Shown piece by piece: positions 58,767 to 64,000 of a stretch of 64,000 bases of DNA. The notes below the pieces were generated by a model. It was not told where the DNA came from. It was given only the letters and a program-made list of their open reading frames with translations, and ran no database searches. Both the position numbers and the translations under genes were made by a program. How positions within the stretch are numbered: position 1 is the stretch's first letter; every line of letters begins with the position of its first letter. This DNA is from Calditrichaceae bacterium (GTDB lineage: Bacteria > Calditrichota > Calditrichia > Calditrichales > JBFXGD01): the NCBI GenBank assembly GCA_050173015.1, contig JBFXLE010000011.1, positions 43,718 to 107,717 of the forward strand, given 5' to 3'.

Positions 58767-61130
58767 ATGTACAGAAAGTTTGTGGCTTTCATCCTGATTA
58801 TTATTCTTTCCGGCTGCGCGGCATATAAGCAGCTTAAACCAAAACCCGAAATATCATTCGCGGAAAGCGGCTACATTGAGCTCAAAAAGGGGGATAAATA
58901 TTTTGAGATAAAAAAAGACAAGAAATATTTTATCCAGTTTCCTTCCACTCAGCAGGAAAATTTTTATCTCGTCCTGAATATCTCAAATAAAGACTGGCTT
59001 AGCACCTATCTTACCACCGCCTTTGATGACGGAAAAGGTACCATCATTAAAATGGAAGACGAGGGACAGGCAGGCAGCGGAACAAGCCTGTACCGTGCCG
59101 ATAAAAGTGTGCAAATATTTTACTGGGTGATAGAGTCAGTACGTCAGGATATGAATCTGGAAATGGAATACCGCTACACGCCGATCTGGAGATACAAATT
59201 TGAAACAAAGTACGCGGAGTTTCAGGAGACACTTAAAAACAATTCAATTGACAGAACCGCGTATAATGAAATGGGACCGGGATTTGATTTCAACCGGTTT
59301 AAATATTCGGAAGAAATCAACAAATTAAACACAAAAAACGCCGCGCTGAAGGGACTGAAAAAAGAACTGGCGGCGATCGAGAGCATATTTCCGGTGACAA
59401 TCAAAAACACCAATGATGAAGCCTATTTAAATTACATTGATTTAAATCAGCGTGTGAATGATGAGCTTCTGTTTCATGAAAAATACTCCCTTCTGTTAAA
59501 TACCTTCAAAAAAGAAGTGGATTCCCAATCCGATCAGGCCAAATTCATCGGTTATATTCCGGATTTTTTAAAATTTATGGAAAAGAAAAATAGTTTCCCG
59601 CCAAATATAATGACGGCGGCGAATGATATCTTTAAAGCCAGGCTCGCTGAAGTGGGCCCATATTTCGAAGAGGTGATTAACAGCAAGAATGACGCGTCGC
59701 GAATGGGACTTGATGTTGATAATGTGGAAGCGTTATACGCCGCCGTCGGCCAAAAAATCCCCGCCGAGGTAAAAGCCAGTTCCGGATATGTTCGCGCGTA
59801 TAATCAGAAGTATGACGACATGAAAGCGGCGGAGTCGAAAATAAATGACCTGAAAATGTCGGTTAAAAACCATACAAGCTGGCCGGCAAATACGTATTTT
59901 CAGGAGAAGAGCGAGGCATTATCTAAAATTATCTATCAACTGCCTGCAACAGGATTTTATTCAGCGGGAAAATTCGCCAATACAAGCGGAGCGCGGCAGC
60001 TGGACGATAAAGTGCGGGATTTGCGCAATCAGGCGGCATCGCTTGATAACGGATACAAGCGCGCTGCCGGCATTGTGCCGCAGATAAACCGCCTTGGAGA
60101 CGAAAAGGCATATAGCCAAATGATTCGTCTTTTGAAACAAAACAGCGATCTGGGATTCCTCGCGGATATGTACTCCAATCTCGATCAGCTTTCCCTCAAT
60201 ACACAGTCAGCCTCCATCAAAGCCGCGTTAAACCGCGCTGACTGGCTGCAGGCGGAATCAGGTTTGAAATCATTACACTATGATACAGACTTTTTAAACT
60301 CGTCCGTGATTCTTCCCAAAAAACAGTTGTTGGTTAAAAGTATGGAAGATACCCTTCTCTATAAAGTTGAAACCATTTCAAAACAGCGCGCCGAAGCGCT
60401 TGTGACGGAGAGTATCATGACTCTTGACGGACTCGAGGAAATCTATAACAGCCCGGTTTTTCTGCCGGCGCACGATATTACATTCACTTCAGGAAGTCAG
60501 CAGGAACTGCAAACCCGGAAAAAAGCATTGATGGAAAGACTGCTCTATTTCAAGGAACAGGTGTTCCCCGCTCAGGCAATCGAAAAATTATACAAAGAGT
60601 TCTCACGGGATCCGGGAGATAACGGGGTATTGAAAGCGCGGGCAATTGTCATTCACGGCAGCCATTATAAAGGGGCAGATCGTAAAATCAAAAATCTGGT
60701 CGCTGAATGTGATCCCTGGGCGTCAAAATGGATTACCAGCCCGAAAGATTACCGGAAGATTTATGTTCTGCCGGTTTCATCCAACAAACTGGGAGAAAAC
60801 GAGTACGTTTTCAGGGTAAATTTGAGACTGCCTTCAGACGCGAGATTCCCCGTCTTTGATGTCAATATTAAGTTGCCAAAAGAAATCGCCAAAAACGCCG
60901 GAGAGCGTCAATGGTATGACCAAATGACCATGAACAAAAACCCGCTAAAAAATGAGGGCCGGTTCACCATCACCGCTCCGGGCCCGCAAAATGATTATGA
61001 ATGCCAGATCTCTCCGCTTCAGATGGTTAAGGACGGGGACAATGTACTGGAAGTAAGGTTTAAGCATCCATCATTTAAAGTGCTGGAAGTGAGTTTGATG
61101 GCCCAGAAGCCAATCATTAAAAAGAATTAA
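58767..61130 (+). CDS. Large hypothetical lipoprotein
   Basis: Lipobox LSG-C; helical centre with beta-rich ends; 787 aa. Confidence 0.8.
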   Translation: MYRKFVAFILIIILSGCAAYKQLKPKPEISFAESGYIELKKGDKYFEIKKDKKYFIQFPSTQQENFYLVLNISNKDWLSTYLTTAFDDGKGTIIKMEDEGQAGSGTSLYRADKSVQIFYWVIESVRQDMNLEMEYRYTPIWRYKFETKYAEFQETLKNNSIDRTAYNEMGPGFDFNRFKYSEEINKLNTKNAALKGLKKELAAIESIFPVTIKNTNDEAYLNYIDLNQRVNDELLFHEKYSLLLNTFKKEVDSQSDQAKFIGYIPDFLKFMEKKNSFPPNIMTAANDIFKARLAEVGPYFEEVINSKNDASRMGLDVDNVEALYAAVGQKIPAEVKASSGYVRAYNQKYDDMKAAESKINDLKMSVKNHTSWPANTYFQEKSEALSKIIYQLPATGFYSAGKFANTSGARQLDDKVRDLRNQAASLDNGYKRAAGIVPQINRLGDEKAYSQMIRLLKQNSDLGFLADMYSNLDQLSLNTQSASIKAALNRADWLQAESGLKSLHYDTDFLNSSVILPKKQLLVKSMEDTLLYKVETISKQRAEALVTESIMTLDGLEEIYNSPVFLPAHDITFTSGSQQELQTRKKALMERLLYFKEQVFPAQAIEKLYKEFSRDPGDNGVLKARAIVIHGSHYKGADRKIKNLVAECDPWASKWITSPKDYRKIYVLPVSSNKLGENEYVFRVNLRLPSDARFPVFDVNIKLPKEIAKNAGERQWYDQMTMNKNPLKNEGRFTITAPGPQNDYECQISPLQMVKDGDNVLEVRFKHPSFKVLEVSLMAQKPIIKKN

Positions 61131-61217
61131 ACAGGACGATGCGGAGATAAAGAATATTCAGAACATTATTCTCTCTGATATAATCCATCTAATATTGGTT
61201 TGAAGAAAGGAAGTTTT

Positions 61218-62945
61218 ATGAAAAAACCATTGATAATCGGCGCGGGAGTAGTTGTCCTGGCAGTGGCGGTGTTTTTCCTGTGGCCGCGTGAAAACCTGAA
61301 AGATAAAATTGTCATCCCATACATCGCGCATCAAAAACCGGTGGTTGATCCGCATTTGCCAAACTCCGTCCCGCTCTCTGATAAACTGGATGAAGTGTTA
61401 TTTGACGGCCTGTTTAATGTGTCGGCTAATCCATCGGGTATCACCTATGAAGACGGTTTGGGTGAGTTCATTGATATCAATCAGAATAATGTGGTGACTG
61501 TGAGGCTAAAGCCGAATAAAAAATGGCACGACAGTTATCTGGTGACCGTGGAAGACGAAAAAATATCGGTAAGTGAAACCGCGGATAATTTTTTCTCGGC
61601 GAAAGATCTTAATTTCACTCTGAGAAGGATTCAGAGACTTGGAAGTCTTTCCCCGGATTATATTCTTGTTTCGCAGGCTTTGGATCGAATGGAGTTTTCC
61701 GGACCCGATGAAAACAATGAAATTCGTTTTCAGTTCAAAGGCGACAGAATATGGACCGAACCGGATATCAAAGAAGTTTTATCATTTAAAATATTGCCTG
61801 CTCAAAGTGAATTGAGCGCCCCCATGTATTCAGACGGTACCGGACCGTATATGGCTATCGCGCCTCGGGCGGATGTGACGGATTATTACAAAAATCCGAA
61901 TGGCAACGCGAACCTGACAAATGTGATTCTGAAACCGTACATCGATAACAGCACTTACACCACTGAACTGAAAAACGGTAAAATTAATGTTTTATTAAGC
62001 ACGCCGTTTGGAAGCCTTTCTCCGGTTTTGAGTGATTCACAGGATTTTTTTGTCAAATCAAATATCAGTACCACCTACTTTGCTCTCCTGTTTAATACGG
62101 AACGGTTAACAGTAAGCCAGCGCCATGAGTTAAGAAAACTGCTGGATAACCGAAAGATTATGAATCGCTTTTTCAAGTCGGGGACAGAGCAGCAGAGACA
62201 TATTGTTGACTATAAAGGCAACCGTGACAACTATAATGATTATCTGAATTTTAGTATGTTTCCATCCAGCTCCTATTATGTGGAAGAACAGATTGTCATG
62301 CCGCTTAAAGACACAGAAGCGCCCGATCTATCTGTTCTGCCGGATACGATAAAGATTCAGGCCTCGTTAAACTACGGATTCCGTGAGGAATATACCGAAC
62401 TGATTGAAATCCTGAATGACCCGACTCTGTTTAAAGGACGCATAAAGGCGACCGCCGTTCAGAATGAAGAAATCCGCATGGGAAATTATGACGCGCTGCT
62501 AGTGGCTGTCAGCGGATACAAAAGTAATTTCCTGTTTGATTTGTACGATCTGTTTTTGAGAGAGCCGGATTTATCCATGTACAAAATAAATCTGATCACC
62601 GATTCCGATGGAATGGGAAACCGGGTCGTGAATTTAAGCTCCTTTGAAAGTAATAAAAACTTTTTCAGGCTTGATCTGACCAGACAAACTGCGGAAAATG
62701 AAAATGTCGCCAAACTGCTCGACTATATATACGGATTTATGTCAACCCGTGAAATCGGCGATAAGCAGGCTTACGCCAAATTTATCGATGAAATAGATCA
62801 GGATATGGCTTTAGGCGCGTGGTTGTTTTCGCTGCCGTCAACCGCTTATTTCAGAACTCAGTTTGACAGTTCCAGCATCGATCTGTACGGAGTGGCTTCA
62901 CAGCTATCGACAATTGAAAAATGGAAAGAACAGCCCAAAAAATAG
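61218..62945 (+). CDS. Divergent family-5 (OppA-like) solute-binding protein
   Basis: N-terminal anchor; LFDGLF, FSAKDLNFT, GTGPY. Confidence 0.65.
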   Translation: MKKPLIIGAGVVVLAVAVFFLWPRENLKDKIVIPYIAHQKPVVDPHLPNSVPLSDKLDEVLFDGLFNVSANPSGITYEDGLGEFIDINQNNVVTVRLKPNKKWHDSYLVTVEDEKISVSETADNFFSAKDLNFTLRRIQRLGSLSPDYILVSQALDRMEFSGPDENNEIRFQFKGDRIWTEPDIKEVLSFKILPAQSELSAPMYSDGTGPYMAIAPRADVTDYYKNPNGNANLTNVILKPYIDNSTYTTELKNGKINVLLSTPFGSLSPVLSDSQDFFVKSNISTTYFALLFNTERLTVSQRHELRKLLDNRKIMNRFFKSGTEQQRHIVDYKGNRDNYNDYLNFSMFPSSSYYVEEQIVMPLKDTEAPDLSVLPDTIKIQASLNYGFREEYTELIEILNDPTLFKGRIKATAVQNEEIRMGNYDALLVAVSGYKSNFLFDLYDLFLREPDLSMYKINLITDSDGMGNRVVNLSSFESNKNFFRLDLTRQTAENENVAKLLDYIYGFMSTREIGDKQAYAKFIDEIDQDMALGAWLFSLPSTAYFRTQFDSSSIDLYGVASQLSTIEKWKEQPKK

Positions 62946-62953
62946 CGGATAAA

Positions 62954-63841
62954 ATGAAATTCTTACTGATTCTGTTTTTTACCCTTATAATCAGCCGCCT
63001 TCCGTCCGACGCGCAAACATCGATCGGGAAGGCGGATTTTTTTGTTTGTGAAAATCCGCGCGCGCTCATCATCAAAAACCGATTTCAGCAAAACTTATCG
63101 GAATCAGAACTGAATGCGCTGAGTCCATTCGCGCCATGGCGTATTGTTGATGAAAATACCCTGCTGAGTGATCAGTTTACCGAAGCGATGAAAGTGTCGT
63201 TTAAAAACCAAATCTATTATATATTGAAAAATGAAACCGGCGGTCTGATTAATCTCGGGGACGCTGGAAAATCAGATATATATAAAGATTGTGTTCTTGT
63301 CCACGATACAATCGAAATCACGCGCGACCGGGTTATTTCGTTTGCGAAGCACTATTCGGGTGATGGATTCATCAGATATTTAAGCAGCGGTGAACGGTTG
63401 TCACGTCTGTTTAAATACCGCTCCGCGTATTTTTCGGAATCAGCCTCCGCCGGGCCTGAATTCGGCTGGATTCGCTTGTCGGGCGGAAGAGGATGGCAGC
63501 CGTTTTCAAAACCGCAATCGGTTCGAACTTCAAATATCCCTGAACATCTGCGTGAAAGGATTATCGCCAAATTTGCTGAAGCCAATCAGACCTATAGCGA
63601 ATATTTTTCTTATTTTAACAAGAAGTATGATCATGAAAAAAAAATACCGCACTGGGTTGTTGTGATCACCGATGAAAAAATCACCGCGGGACTGGAGCCG
63701 TCGGAATACGCCTCGCCGTTAAGCGAGAGTACAAAATATCTGCTGAATGAACTGGAGAATATCTTGTTGGGAACGGAGTTTGGAGTGAGTTTTGAGATGG
63801 GAAAAGTGGAAGTAAAGATGAAAGTAAGAAGTAAGAAGTAG
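62954..63841 (+). CDS. Hypothetical exported protein
   Basis: Signal peptide MKFLLILFFTLII...SDA-Q; 295 aa. Confidence 0.7.
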   Translation: MKFLLILFFTLIISRLPSDAQTSIGKADFFVCENPRALIIKNRFQQNLSESELNALSPFAPWRIVDENTLLSDQFTEAMKVSFKNQIYYILKNETGGLINLGDAGKSDIYKDCVLVHDTIEITRDRVISFAKHYSGDGFIRYLSSGERLSRLFKYRSAYFSESASAGPEFGWIRLSGGRGWQPFSKPQSVRTSNIPEHLRERIIAKFAEANQTYSEYFSYFNKKYDHEKKIPHWVVVITDEKITAGLEPSEYASPLSESTKYLLNELENILLGTEFGVSFEMGKVEVKMKVRSKK

Positions 63842-63897
63842 GGAGGTTAAGAAAAAAGAAAAAAGATAAAAGAAAAAAGTGACTTGTCCTGAATAAA

Positions 63898-63926
63898 TTG
63901 ACAAAAAAGTGTTAATTTATTACCCT
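63898..63926 (+). promoter_or_regulatory. Candidate sigma-70 promoter
   Basis: TTGACA-17 nt-TACCCT upstream of an RBS and ATG at 63967. Confidence 0.45.
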
Positions 63927-63966
63927 TGCCCAAAGGGTGCTACTCTAAACAAAGAAAGGGATCTTT

Positions 63967-64000
63967 ATGGAAGGACAAGATGTATGTCTGCGTTATAGCG
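63967..64000 (+). CDS. Start of a gene running off the window
   Basis: GAAAGGGA then ATG GAA GGA CAA GAT...; too short to assign. Confidence 0.4.
   Translation, partial: MEGQDVCLRYS

Noticed and set aside
1-64000. tRNA/rRNA genes, selC, IS elements, integrases, prophage or defence genes
   Set aside because: None recognised by eye; a covariance-model scan would be needed to exclude small RNAs

Overview
A 64-kb chromosomal segment of a Gram-negative FCB-group-like bacterium; the gene content and FlgD-Ig/T9SS-type C-terminal domains suggest Calditrichota (inference). It carries mostly housekeeping and envelope genes (glmM, deoC, pdp, rsgA, gpmI, dacB, hsp20, ndh, recO, glyQS, PBP1A, EnvC-like, IscS-like) and a ~14-kb surface-glycan locus. 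Three things stand out. (1) A selenoprotein gene missed by the ORF track (706..1485, minus strand): signal peptide, redoxin domain with a U-P-S-C site (in-frame TGA at 1314-1312 plus a SECIS-like hairpin) and a secretion-type C-terminal domain. It is co-transcribed with a TlpA thioredoxin and an outer-membrane barrel whose only two cysteines lie in one C-terminal loop, a candidate trans-outer-membrane thiol/selenol relay. (2) A 1.68-kb non-coding array (19931..21610) of 8+7 alternating long hairpins built from 9-nt subrepeats. (3) A microcompartment satellite locus: a BMC pentamer gene, DeoC with an encapsulation-peptide-like helix and CxxCxxCxxxC motif, a nucleoside phosphorylase and a nucleotidase. 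No rRNA, tRNA, CRISPR or transposase was recognised. Family assignments come from reading motifs by eye; no searches were run.
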